Positions 1-9,202 of a stretch of DNA of 64,000 nucleotides are shown here, piece after piece. The position numbers and the translations under genes were made by a program. Source of the DNA: a plasmid. The notes below the pieces were generated by a model. The model had not been told where the DNA came from and did no database searches. It was given only the letters and a program-made list of their open reading frames with translations. How positions within the stretch are numbered: the first letter of the stretch is position 1; each line of letters begins with the position of its first letter. The DNA is taken from assembly GCF_054482595.1 (NCBI RefSeq), contig NZ_JBTHVH010000001.1; one strand, 5' to 3'.

Positions 1-538
<538 letters not shown>

Positions 539-577
539 TTGTCATTTGTGACAGTATGCTCGCAATCGTAGTGATTA

Positions 578-1117
578 CTACCACCAACTGCTAGCTTTCT
601 TCTCTCTAGCTTTTCCTTCGCTTTGCAGTAAATCTTTACTTCCTGTAGAAATATTTCTATTTGCATCAGCCTCAGACTGAATTACATCTGTCTTAGCTGC
701 TCTCTCCTTCAACTCCTGCTCTATAAAATCGTTTTCTCGCTGGACACGAGCCGCTTTTGCTTGCAGTTCGAGTTTCATGCTTTCGAGTTGCAGCTTGCGA
801 AGCTCATCCTCATAAGCTTGATCTCGCTTCTTGTCATTTGCTAGCTCGGCTTCTCGTTTCGCTCTACGTTCATTTTCTGCAGCAACACGCTGTTTTTCGC
901 GTGCAGCAGCGGCAGATGCTGCTTTTTCTCTTCTAATACGTTCAGCTTGTGCTTGTTGGCGAATAAGTTCTTTTCTGGCATCCTCAGCTTGCTGCTCTTT
1001 AGCTCGCCCTTCATTTTCCGCTTGAGCAATAGCAGCAATTTGACTTTGCAACGAGTTAGCCAAGGCAGTGCCTACACTAAACGTAGAAAAGATTAGAAAT
1101 AAAATAATTTTATTCAT
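578..1117 (-). CDS. secreted or membrane-anchored coiled-coil protein (A/E/R/K/Q-rich), unknown function
   Basis: N-terminal hydrophobic signal MNKIILFLIFSTFSVGTALA, then a long charged heptad-like region. 4 nt downstream of the lipoprotein gene. AT-rich locus. Confidence 0.7.
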   Translation of the reverse strand: MNKIILFLIFSTFSVGTALANSLQSQIAAIAQAENEGRAKEQQAEDARKELIRQQAQAERIRREKAASAAAAREKQRVAAENERRAKREAELANDKKRDQAYEDELRKLQLESMKLELQAKAARVQRENDFIEQELKERAAKTDVIQSEADANRNISTGSKDLLQSEGKAREKKASSWW

Positions 1118-1120
1118 AAA

Positions 1121-1642
1121 TTATTTCTTTTCTGGACAAGTAGCATTTGGCTGAATTCGAGTTTCATTATCTTTAGTTGAAATAAGCACAGCAAGCCCCG
1201 TTGTAAACTGGCATGCTTTACCAACTTGAGTTGAAGTGAACACCTTAGTTCCTTCTTTATAAGTCAGTGAAACACCTTCAACAATTGTTTTATCACTAAC
1301 CAAAGAACCAGCCGCTGCACCAAGAGCCGCACCACCAGTACCGCCAGCTACAGCACCCAGTGTCGATGTGCCTTTAACATTATAACCGGCAACGCCCCCA
1401 GCAACAGCTCCCAGTACCGCACCAAATGTCTGTGCCGCTTCTTTATTAGCTTTATTATCAACTTTCACTTTAGCTGGAAGCACAGAGATAATATTGACTG
1501 TCTTTGTTTCCTGCTTCGAATTCAATTGAGCGGTATCATAAACATCGGCAGCATAATCAGCACCGCTAGATTGACACCCAGAAAGAAGAATTGCAGATAC
1601 AACAAGAGCGCATAAAGTATACTTTTTAGACATAAGAATCAT
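1121..1642 (-). CDS. lipoprotein with glycine-zipper segment
   Basis: Lipobox LLSGC after a hydrophobic leader. G/A-rich zipper AVLGAVAGGVAGY...AVAGGTGGAALGAAAGS. Alternative ATG at 1633. Confidence 0.75.
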   Translation of the reverse strand: MILMSKKYTLCALVVSAILLSGCQSSGADYAADVYDTAQLNSKQETKTVNIISVLPAKVKVDNKANKEAAQTFGAVLGAVAGGVAGYNVKGTSTLGAVAGGTGGAALGAAAGSLVSDKTIVEGVSLTYKEGTKVFTSTQVGKACQFTTGLAVLISTKDNETRIQPNATCPEKK

Positions 1643-1923
1643 CCCAGAAAAACAAAAACCGGCGAGAAGTTACCACGAGAACGGAAAGTAAACAAGAATA
1701 CTCCCATTGACTTATATCAATTAATCAACTTTTTATAAGCTATCCCTAACTTATTGTGTATAGCTGAAAAGTCAGAGACAAGTTCACCATCTGCATTATT
1801 TCTTAAGTTAATAGTTTATTGCTAACTTAATTTATGTATCGACTATTGATATCCATCTTAAAGTTACAATATCCCTCTGCATTATTTTTCATCACAAATA
1901 ATATATCTATTGCACGACACTAA

Positions 1924-1940
1924 TCTGCTCTAATAAATTT
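1924..1940 (+). promoter_or_regulatory. C1 operator (Op51-like) in front of immI module 1
   Basis: TCTGCTCTAATAAATTT, 15/17 to the remembered consensus ATTGCTCTAATAAATTT. Confidence 0.8.
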
Positions 1941-2127
1941 GTATTTTTAAGTCGCGAATGCTATCTTTTTGCATCATATTGACCTTTTAATCGTTCAGGC
2001 TTATAGTTTCGCCGTCGTAGCAAATTCTGCGACCGGGTTTAGCAGCCTGAATGATTGTGCGGACAGCCGCAGATATCCGATATTGCGGTATTTTTGTGTC
2101 CGTAAAACTGCGTTACGCCCAAATTAT

Positions 2128-2204
2128 GGTGGGGCGTGATGGGGAGGCTTCGGCCTGCTGGTTTCACAATCGCCAGTCTGCTAACCCCGTCACGTCCTGC
2201 CACC
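2128..2204 (+). ncRNA. c4: c4 antisense RNA of immI module 1 (77 nt)
   Basis: GGTGG...CCACC terminal stem, internal CTTCGG hairpin. Boxes a' CACAAT (2165-2170) and b' CTGCTAA (2178-2184) are complementary to ATTGTG at 2054 and 2238 and TTAGCAG at 2039 and 2208. The 77-nt span matches the published c4 size. Confidence 0.8.
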
Positions 2205-2254
2205 TGTTTAGCAGCGGGTAGCAGGTTGTTAAACCTGATTGTGAGGCCGTAACT

Positions 2255-2476
2255 ATGGTTAATGCCAATCCTTGCGCACGCCAAGAATTCATCTGGCGTT
2301 TCTATTCCTGCAAAAAACACCACTATCACTTCGTCATCGCAGCAACAGAAGACGAAGCACGCTCTCAATTGCCTGATGGCCCCTGCATTTTTACTGCCCG
2401 TTTTTCAACTAACTCGCGCAATTCACTTAGTTACTGGAACCTCCCCTTCTCTTCCGACGTTCAGGGGGTTTTATGA
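2255..2476 (+). CDS. icd: Icd (cell-division inhibitor, leader ORF of ant)
   Basis: 73 aa. RBS GAGG is immediately preceded by the c4 target ATTGTG. ATGA overlap with ant. Confidence 0.85.
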   Translation: MVNANPCARQEFIWRFYSCKKHHYHFVIAATEDEARSQLPDGPCIFTARFSTNSRNSLSYWNLPFSSDVQGVL

Positions 2477-3516
2477 AAAAACCTCTCGTCACCCGTAATG
2501 ACATAGCCGAAGCGATCGCACTGCATACTGCCTGTATGCCGACACGGGAGATCCCCGGCGCAATTGCCAACTATTTCATGATAACCAGACGTTTTTATAC
2601 CCGAACAGATAAGGCTGTGATCAACAGGCTACTGATAGCCGAGATCAGGGATTATTTGATTGAACAAGGACGTCTACGTTACGCAACGGTGGCAGCAGAA
2701 ATGAGAAAGGAGGCACATAGAATGACCAGTAATAATTTGAATGTTAAAAAACCAGCATCTGTTGCTTCAGCTACGCCATCACCAGCTGTGAATGTTATCT
2801 CCAACACTGGAGACACAATCGACAGCCAGACGCTGTTAAAGATGGTCAATGAAGCGCGTAAGTTATGTGGGGAACCAGAGGTTCGGAACAACAAATTCAT
2901 CAAAAAAATACTCGACGAATTAGAAGGTGAGGACGGTTACACAAAAAGTGCAACCGTGCCGCCAGGTGGCGGTACGCCTATGGTTGTCATAACCATGACC
3001 TACAAACAAGCCCTGCGAGTCGCCGCGCGCGAGTCAAAAGCAGTCCGCCGTTCGCTGATCGACAAACTGGAAGAATTGCAGCAGGCAAACTCCCCTGCCC
3101 CATCGATCCCCCAAACATTACCAGACGCTCTACGCCTGGCTGCCGAGTTGGCAGAACAGAAAATGCAGTTGGAACAACAGCTGGTGGCCGCAGCCCCTAA
3201 AGTCGATTTTGCCGACCGGGTATCAGCGGCTAATGGAATCCTGATCGGGAACTTTGCAAAGGTCGTTGGACTTAAGCAAAACGCCCTTTTCTCATGGTTG
3301 CGCCAGAACGGCATTCTCATGGCTTTTGGTGCGCGCAAAAACGTACCGCGCCAGCAGTACATTAACGCCGGGTATTTCACGGTGAAAGAAGTGGTGCTGG
3401 ATGATGAAAATGGCTACCAGATACGGCTGACGCCCCAATTAACGGGTAAAGGCCAGCAGTGGTTAACTCGCAAGCTACTTGATGCTGGTTTGTTAAAACC
3501 AGTAGCAATAGGTTAA
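2473..3516 (+). CDS. ant1: antirepressor Ant, module 1
   Basis: 347 aa. Central Rha-like segment and C-terminal KilAC-type domain (LPDALRLAAELAEQK...APKVDFADRV...GNFAKV) shared with KilA and the other two Ant copies. Confidence 0.85.
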   Translation: MKKPLVTRNDIAEAIALHTACMPTREIPGAIANYFMITRRFYTRTDKAVINRLLIAEIRDYLIEQGRLRYATVAAEMRKEAHRMTSNNLNVKKPASVASATPSPAVNVISNTGDTIDSQTLLKMVNEARKLCGEPEVRNNKFIKKILDELEGEDGYTKSATVPPGGGTPMVVITMTYKQALRVAARESKAVRRSLIDKLEELQQANSPAPSIPQTLPDALRLAAELAEQKMQLEQQLVAAAPKVDFADRVSAANGILIGNFAKVVGLKQNALFSWLRQNGILMAFGARKNVPRQQYINAGYFTVKEVVLDDENGYQIRLTPQLTGKGQQWLTRKLLDAGLLKPVAIG

Positions 3517-3593
3517 CAAAAGAAAAAACCTGCCAGCAAACTGGCAGGTTTCTGAGCAGATCGACCAACCCGATCTGGATCGAGTCAGAAAAA

Positions 3594-3610
3594 TTTGCTC
3601 TAATAAATTT
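3594..3610 (+). promoter_or_regulatory. C1 operator (Op53-like) controlling kilA-repL
   Basis: TTTGCTCTAATAAATTT, 16/17. Confidence 0.8.
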
Positions 3611-3679
3611 CGTTTTCTAAGTGCAAAGAATCACCATTTCGAGCTGGTGATTGAAGGTTGATGCAAATTTGGAGAAAAA

Positions 3680-4480
3680 ATGCAACAAACATTCAATGCG
3701 GATATGAATATATCAAACCTTCATCAAAATGTCGATCCTTCAACCACTCTGCCCGTTATTTGTGGTGTTGAAATTACGACCGACCGCGCTGGCCGTTACA
3801 ACCTTAATGCTCTACACAGAGCGAGCGGACTCGGTGCCCATAAAGCGCCAGCTCAATGGCTAAGAACGCTGTCAGCTAAACAGCTCATCGAAGAGCTTGA
3901 AAAAGAAACTATGCAGAATTGCATAGTTTCGTTCGAAGGCCGTGGCGGCGGCACTTTTGCCCATGAATTGCTCGCAGTGGAGTACGCTGGTTGGATTTCT
4001 CCCGCGTTTCGGCTGAAGGTAAACCAGACATTTATCGACTATCGAGCCGGAAGATTACAACCTGCTATTCCGCAGAGTCTCCCTGAAGCTCTCCGTTTGG
4101 CTGCCGACCTGGCAGAGCAAAAGCAACGGCTGGAACAAAAAATGCTTATGGATGCACCTAAAGTCGAATTCGCCGAACGCGTTGCTACCGCCAGCGGGGT
4201 TCTAATCGGCAACTATGCCAAAGTGCTCGGTCTGGGCCAAAACTATCTCTTCACCTGGTTGCGTGATAACGGAATTCTGATCGCAACCGGTGAACGCAGG
4301 AACGTCCCCAAACAAGAATACATATCCCGTGGGTATTTCACCCTTAAAGAAACCGTGATCGATACAAGCAATGGAAGCAGGATTTCTTTCACGACTCGTA
4401 TAACCGGCAAAGGTCAGCAGTGGCTGATGAAGCGATTGCTTGATACTGGTGTGCTGGTACCTGTCGCGGCAACGCGCTAA
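3680..4480 (+). CDS. kilA: KilA
   Basis: 266 aa. KilA-N-like N-terminus plus KilAC C-terminus. P1 synteny. Confidence 0.85.
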   Translation: MQQTFNADMNISNLHQNVDPSTTLPVICGVEITTDRAGRYNLNALHRASGLGAHKAPAQWLRTLSAKQLIEELEKETMQNCIVSFEGRGGGTFAHELLAVEYAGWISPAFRLKVNQTFIDYRAGRLQPAIPQSLPEALRLAADLAEQKQRLEQKMLMDAPKVEFAERVATASGVLIGNYAKVLGLGQNYLFTWLRDNGILIATGERRNVPKQEYISRGYFTLKETVIDTSNGSRISFTTRITGKGQQWLMKRLLDTGVLVPVAATR

Positions 4481-4509
4481 CAGACGTAGTAAGAACCACC
4501 AGCATTGTA

Positions 4510-5355
4510 ATGCTGGCTAAAGTCACTTTCCTGAGCTGTATAACGATGAGCGATTTTACTTTTTCTGGCTATGAATTGGCCTGCTTTGTAACACACTCCG
4601 GTCTATCCCGTAGCGCCGGGCATATCCTGTCGCAATGTGCAAATCTAGCGGCAACAACCAGTGAATACTTCATTCACAAGCCTCACCGCCTGATCGCGGC
4701 AGAAACTGGTTATAGCCAATCAACCGTCGTTCGTGCATTCCGTGAAGCTGTAAACAAAGGAATTCTGTCTGTAGAGATTGTTATCGGCGATCACCGTGAA
4801 CGTCGCGCTAACCTGTACCGGTTTACACCATCCTTTTTGGCCTTCGCACAACAAGCCAAAAATGCGCTGATTGAAAGCAAATTAAAGATCTCTTCAGCGG
4901 CAACCAAGGTTAAAGCTGTTCTCGCTAAGACATTGGCTTTATTTAATTTTTTATCCACACCCCCATGTCAAAATGATACCCCCTCCCCCTGTCAGGATGA
5001 CGTGGCAATAAAGAATAAGAAGTCACAAGTTAAAAAAACAAAAAGATCAGTTTCCGGCGGTGCCGGAACGACCAGACTCAAAAAATTGACTTCATGGATC
5101 GCTGAGGCAAAAGCAAAGGCTGACAATCTGCGGTTATCCAAAAAACGCGCTCAAAAACATGAGTTCAAGCAGAAAGTAGAGGCGGCAGCGCGGAAATATG
5201 CTTACCTGAAGAACAAGCGTTCTCCTGATATTGACGGGGTATCAAACTTCGATAATTTGCCGCATTGCATGACGGTAAACGAAGCTCTTAATGCGGTTTT
5301 AGCCAAAAATAAAGATAACGAACAATGGGGTATACCGGCAGGATTCAGAGGGTAA
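4510..5355 (+). CDS. repL: RepL lytic replication initiator (oriL lies inside the gene in P1)
   Basis: 281 aa, same length and sequence as I recall for P1 RepL. Confidence 0.85.
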   Translation: MLAKVTFLSCITMSDFTFSGYELACFVTHSGLSRSAGHILSQCANLAATTSEYFIHKPHRLIAAETGYSQSTVVRAFREAVNKGILSVEIVIGDHRERRANLYRFTPSFLAFAQQAKNALIESKLKISSAATKVKAVLAKTLALFNFLSTPPCQNDTPSPCQDDVAIKNKKSQVKKTKRSVSGGAGTTRLKKLTSWIAEAKAKADNLRLSKKRAQKHEFKQKVEAAARKYAYLKNKRSPDIDGVSNFDNLPHCMTVNEALNAVLAKNKDNEQWGIPAGFRG

Positions 5356-5523
5356 TGAATTGTTCTAATTATAACCATGCATACTTTCAACGCCTCTAGT
5401 TTGCCATGAGGCAAACTCATAGGCGTCCTGGTAAGAGGGCACTGTTGCCAAAACTGGACGTCCCATTATTGCAATTAATAAACAACTAACGGACAATTCT
5501 ACCTAACAATAAGTGGAGTTAAC

Positions 5524-6228
5524 ATGTTGAACCGAAGAACATTTAATGTATTCTGCGATGAATCCTGTCACCTACTAAATGATCATAATAAAGTCATGGT
5601 ATTGGGTGCGCTTTGGTGCCCTGGCACTATCACAAAAAAAATTGCTAGAGACATCAAGGAATTAAAATTAAAACACAATCTAAAACCTGATTTCGAAATC
5701 AAGTGGACTAAAGTATCTGCGTCCAAGGTTGAATTTTACTTAGATGTCGTAGATTACTTCTTCAGCAACCCAGCATTGCGCTTTAGAGGTGTTGTTGTTC
5801 CTGATAAAGAGCAACTGGACCATGCTCGATTCCATCAAGATCATAATACTTTCTATTATAAGATGTTTTTTTATGTCTTAAAAAACATAATAGAAAGTAA
5901 CAACACATACAATATCTACCTAGATATAAAAGATACTTTAGGTATTGAAAAAATTGAGAAATTAAGAGGAGTTCTTCACAATGATCGCTATGATTACAAT
6001 CATGAGTCGATAAACAGAATTCAACATATACGATCTCATGAAGTGCAACAATTGCAGCTAACGGATCTTTTCATTGGTGCGTTAGGCTACGTTCATCGAG
6101 GAATGAATAGCAACGCGGGAAAAATCCAAGTCATAAACAGGATAAAATCACATACAAACAGGGATTTACTAAAAAGCACTCTTCCAACAGAAAGTAAATT
6201 TAATATTTTCGTGTGGGAGGCTCGCTGA
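5524..6228 (+). CDS. DUF3800-like protein (positional equivalent of P1 rlfA)
   Basis: N-terminal FCDESCH, mid IKWTKV, C-terminal LQLTDLFIGALGY; this resembles the DUF3800 pattern from memory. Roughly 35% GC by eye. Confidence 0.6.
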   Translation: MLNRRTFNVFCDESCHLLNDHNKVMVLGALWCPGTITKKIARDIKELKLKHNLKPDFEIKWTKVSASKVEFYLDVVDYFFSNPALRFRGVVVPDKEQLDHARFHQDHNTFYYKMFFYVLKNIIESNNTYNIYLDIKDTLGIEKIEKLRGVLHNDRYDYNHESINRIQHIRSHEVQQLQLTDLFIGALGYVHRGMNSNAGKIQVINRIKSHTNRDLLKSTLPTESKFNIFVWEAR

Positions 6229-6692
6229 TGCTTCAAATGCCAGATTTATTGTACTTCAATGGAAGTTGGCAAGAGTATATAGACGATGTATATTATGTTG
6301 TCAGAGAAGACATTTTAATCTCTAATATAACGTTTAAGGGTCTCCCTGTTCGGTTACGTTATTCACCGGAATATGATGGGAAAGAGTTCGGATTTTGGCA
6401 TTTAGTATCAGAGGGAAAAATAGAAGAAGAACGAATACCTGATCTTGAACGGTGTAAGCGGATCCGCTGGATCGCGCATATGATAAGGAATTATAACCAT
6501 TCCGATATATCATGTTGGTCTGAAAGACGAGGACCAACTGAAGAATGGGTAATCTGGAACGAGTGTGAAAACTACGTTGTTGTGCTATCCGCACGTAGAG
6601 ACTATTGGCTTCTTAAAACAGCCTATGTTGTAACCTATAACAGTAAAATCAGAACACTCAAACAAAGCAGAAAAAGAGCGCTTGGGACATAA
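6228..6692 (+). CDS. hypothetical protein translationally coupled to the DUF3800-like gene (positional equivalent of rlfB)
   Basis: TGATG stop/start overlap at 6226-6230 with GGGAGG 8 nt upstream. 154 aa, no recognisable motif. Confidence 0.6.
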   Translation: MLQMPDLLYFNGSWQEYIDDVYYVVREDILISNITFKGLPVRLRYSPEYDGKEFGFWHLVSEGKIEEERIPDLERCKRIRWIAHMIRNYNHSDISCWSERRGPTEEWVIWNECENYVVVLSARRDYWLLKTAYVVTYNSKIRTLKQSRKRALGT

Positions 6693-6699
6693 AAAAGCT

Positions 6700-6731
6700 G
6701 AACCCGACACATATTGCTATGTATCGGGTTC
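6700..6731. terminator. 13-bp stem hairpin between convergent genes
   Basis: GAACCCGACACAT/ATGTATCGGGTTC with one mismatch, flanked by an A-run (5') and a T-poor tail. Confidence 0.5.
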
Positions 6732-6858
6732 GATCGCTCTTTCTACACATGGTAGATGAGTAAGGCAAATCTAACCGATCTACTTTAGCTTTTCAATAGC
6801 TAGCTATAACTTTCCGCACATATTCTTCTGATAATTCCAGTATGGCTGTTGGGTTTTC

Positions 6859-7155
6859 TTATGCTTTTCTGCGCAGAGGTGCACATTTATTCAGCAACAA
6901 TAAATGTAATTCTTTGTTATTCCTAAGTATTTCGACACACCAATATCGTAACGTGTTCACTTCAAGTGTAGCCAGCACCTTATGTCGAAGTCCTCCCTCC
7001 CCTGCACATAACGATGACTGACATTCTGCTAAGGCACATAACCATGTATTGGCATCATAGAGAATCCAATAATGCTCCTCTGAAATAGTTTTGCATCCAA
7101 TTATTTCGAATCTTCGTTCTATCGTTTCAGGAGAGTATGAAAAATCAATTTCCAT
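6859..7155 (-). CDS. hypothetical 98-aa protein, AT-rich (positional equivalent of pmgF)
   Basis: ORF only. Separated from the structural operon by the terminator at 7206-7230. Confidence 0.45.
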   Translation of the reverse strand: MEIDFSYSPETIERRFEIIGCKTISEEHYWILYDANTWLCALAECQSSLCAGEGGLRHKVLATLEVNTLRYWCVEILRNNKELHLLLLNKCAPLRRKA

Positions 7156-7205
7156 AATATGCTCAAAATTTCGCTATACCAGCATAATTTAAGCACAAAA
7201 AAAGC

Positions 7206-7230
7206 TCCCGCAGGAGCTTTAAAATACAAG
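7206..7230 (-). terminator. rho-independent terminator ending the 23-22-21 structural operon
   Basis: AAAGCTCC-CGCA-GGAGCTTT, followed on the minus strand by T7. Confidence 0.75.
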
Positions 7231-7239
7231 GGATGACTC

Positions 7240-7749
7240 TTAATCCCACTCAATCCAGTTGTAAACGATACGAAGTGACGGGCGCACAGCGGCAGTCACA
7301 TCTTCGGTACTAAAGTCGATTGCATCACTGTAGATTTTGCAGTCCAACATTTCAATTGTTGTAGCAGCTTTTGTCACAGCGTTAACCCCGGAAGATTTGG
7401 ATTCAGGGGTCGCAGCCATCGTGATATCAACATAGTCCTTCGCCGCAATGCGATCCTTGATGAACTGAAGAATATCGCCTTCGATAGTCTCCACGCACTG
7501 GACCTGGATTTCCCCAGAGTTTCGAATTGGTCCGTGCTGGTTGAACTTCACACCATTCGGACCATAGTCCTCCACATCCTCGCGGGTCATTTCAGGAATT
7601 TGCGACGTGCGAACCAGTACGCTGATATCTTCATGGCCTGCAAAAGTGAGCTGGAATTCAGAAGATACCAGTCGTTCGCCTTTGGCCGCGTTGGCAGTAT
7701 AGCGGCCCTTAATAAATTTACGGTTTCCCTTAGTGTTATTGTGCCCCAT
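7240..7749 (-). CDS. tail tube/baseplate-type structural protein
   Basis: 169 aa. The C-terminal ...IVYNWIEWD resembles the T4 gp19-type tube ending (from memory). P1 synteny suggests bplB. Confidence 0.6.
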   Translation of the reverse strand: MGHNNTKGNRKFIKGRYTANAAKGERLVSSEFQLTFAGHEDISVLVRTSQIPEMTREDVEDYGPNGVKFNQHGPIRNSGEIQVQCVETIEGDILQFIKDRIAAKDYVDITMAATPESKSSGVNAVTKAATTIEMLDCKIYSDAIDFSTEDVTAAVRPSLRIVYNWIEWD

Positions 7750-7760
7750 ATAAAATCCTT

Positions 7761-8342
7761 TTACTGGAACGCCCGAACAATATCGGAGCTGTTATATATC
7801 GAAGAACCGGTCAACTGGAGGTTGACGGTGTTTTTCAGGAAATGCCCATTGCTGTCCCTGGGCGCATCGAGATCGAAACTTATGTCCTGGATAGCGACAT
7901 CAATGATGTTGATCCGGCGACCAATGTTTAGCGTCACACGCTCCGGGATTCGACCACCAATACTGGCATCTTTAAGTTCCGGGCTAATCATCGCTGACAA
8001 TGCGGCGATAGCTCCTGAAACCTCCGTGAATGGGTCAAACAAAGCGATGAAAGTTACTGGCAGCGTGAAAGTCGGCGGTGTTCCCCCTTCCCAAACCATT
8101 AAGCTGTTCCAACGGGCAACCGACGTTGTTTCAGTACCAACCTGCGCAAAACCACTGAAGGCACCAGCAACAGATCCCATGGACATACCGGTAAACGGCG
8201 CTTCCCAATTCTGGGCCATGTTCATTGCCGCTCCCTGGCTGATATATCCGGTAACCTGGTACTGAGAGTTCGTTAAAGTAACTTTCAGATATGGCGATAC
8301 ACCGTCAGCCTGGCTGTAAACCCCATAAGGTATAGGTGCCAT
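7761..8342 (-). CDS. structural protein (P1 pmgG position)
   Basis: 193-aa ORF in the late operon. Confidence 0.6.
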   Translation of the reverse strand: MAPIPYGVYSQADGVSPYLKVTLTNSQYQVTGYISQGAAMNMAQNWEAPFTGMSMGSVAGAFSGFAQVGTETTSVARWNSLMVWEGGTPPTFTLPVTFIALFDPFTEVSGAIAALSAMISPELKDASIGGRIPERVTLNIGRRINIIDVAIQDISFDLDAPRDSNGHFLKNTVNLQLTGSSIYNSSDIVRAFQ

Positions 8343-8377
8343 TCAAGTTAAAGGCCGGAGTTCTCCGGCCTCCTCCT

Positions 8378-9193
8378 TTAGCCAAGGCGCTTACGGCGCA
8401 GTTTCATTGACTTTTTGCGGGCAAGTTTTGCCGCGCCGGTCTGGGCTTTTCGACGCGCTTTTTTCAGCGCCGATTTTTGAGCCGCAGTCAGACGTTTTTT
8501 ACGCAGGCGTTTACGGATGAGTTTGATCTCACCGTTACGAACAACCTTCTTAAATGCTTCAGTCAGCATTTCATCAGAAGTGCCAGCAACAACAAACGCC
8601 GCTTCCAGTTCGTCGCGGTCGTCGCTATCTAAACCAGCGATAGAGGCACCAACATCAGCAGCAGCGTCGTCGTCTTCATCGTCAGCCAGTGCTTCGATCA
8701 GGTCATCATCTACACCGCATGCTGCGAGGAAGTCAGCAACATTTGCCCATGCTTCGTTATAGGCATCGTCCTGTTCTTCTGTAACTTCGGAGTCGTCGTC
8801 ATCAGAGATACCAGCGATAGCCTGAACGAAACCATCAAGGGAGTCGAAAGTCAGATCACCGCTATCAGCCCAGGCGAAAACGGCGTCGGCCGCATCACTC
8901 AACGCATTCTGCATAGCACTTCGATTTGCAGCTTCCAGAATCATCTGGTGCGCCTGTTCGACGGTCCATTCTTTACCGTCTTTCCCTTCCAGGATTTGCT
9001 CAGGAGCCGGGGCAGATGGAACGTTATCGTTAGTCTGTGCCGCCGGTTCCGGATTATTATTAATAACCGGATCTGTTGGCGGTTCGGCGCTTGCTCGGGC
9101 AGACTCCATCAGCTGCACAGGATCAGAGTTCAAAGCGAAACGGGACAGTCCATTCCCCAAAAATGCCCCGGATTGAAAAAAGTTTTTGCTCAT
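8378..9193 (-). CDS. structural-operon protein with very acidic body and basic tail (P1 gene 21 position)
   Basis: 271 aa. D/E-rich centre and a K/R-rich last ~50 aa. Confidence 0.6.
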   Translation of the reverse strand: MSKNFFQSGAFLGNGLSRFALNSDPVQLMESARASAEPPTDPVINNNPEPAAQTNDNVPSAPAPEQILEGKDGKEWTVEQAHQMILEAANRSAMQNALSDAADAVFAWADSGDLTFDSLDGFVQAIAGISDDDDSEVTEEQDDAYNEAWANVADFLAACGVDDDLIEALADDEDDDAAADVGASIAGLDSDDRDELEAAFVVAGTSDEMLTEAFKKVVRNGEIKLIRKRLRKKRLTAAQKSALKKARRKAQTGAAKLARKKSMKLRRKRLG

Positions 9194-9202
9194 TGTATTC
9201 CC

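Noticed and set aside
578-1642. Interpretation of the lipoprotein plus coiled-coil pair as Rz/Rz1 spanins
   Set aside because: The gene order is reversed (lipoprotein first). The lipoprotein is large and carries a glycine zipper. The coiled-coil protein has a cleavable-looking signal rather than a clear N-terminal anchor. No adjacent holin or endolysin is present.
2039-2368. 109-aa minus-strand ORF over c4, and its counterpart at 58746-59036
   Set aside because: It is antisense to the c4 RNA/icd region. It appears conserved only because the DNA is conserved.
5348-5364. ATTGTTCTAATTATAAC as a C1 operator after repL
   Set aside because: It matches only about 11/17 of the consensus, so it is too weak to call.
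7534-8265. 243-aa plus-strand ORF
   Set aside because: It lies entirely antisense to two well-supported late structural genes. It has no RBS and a skewed, low-complexity composition, so it is a shadow ORF.
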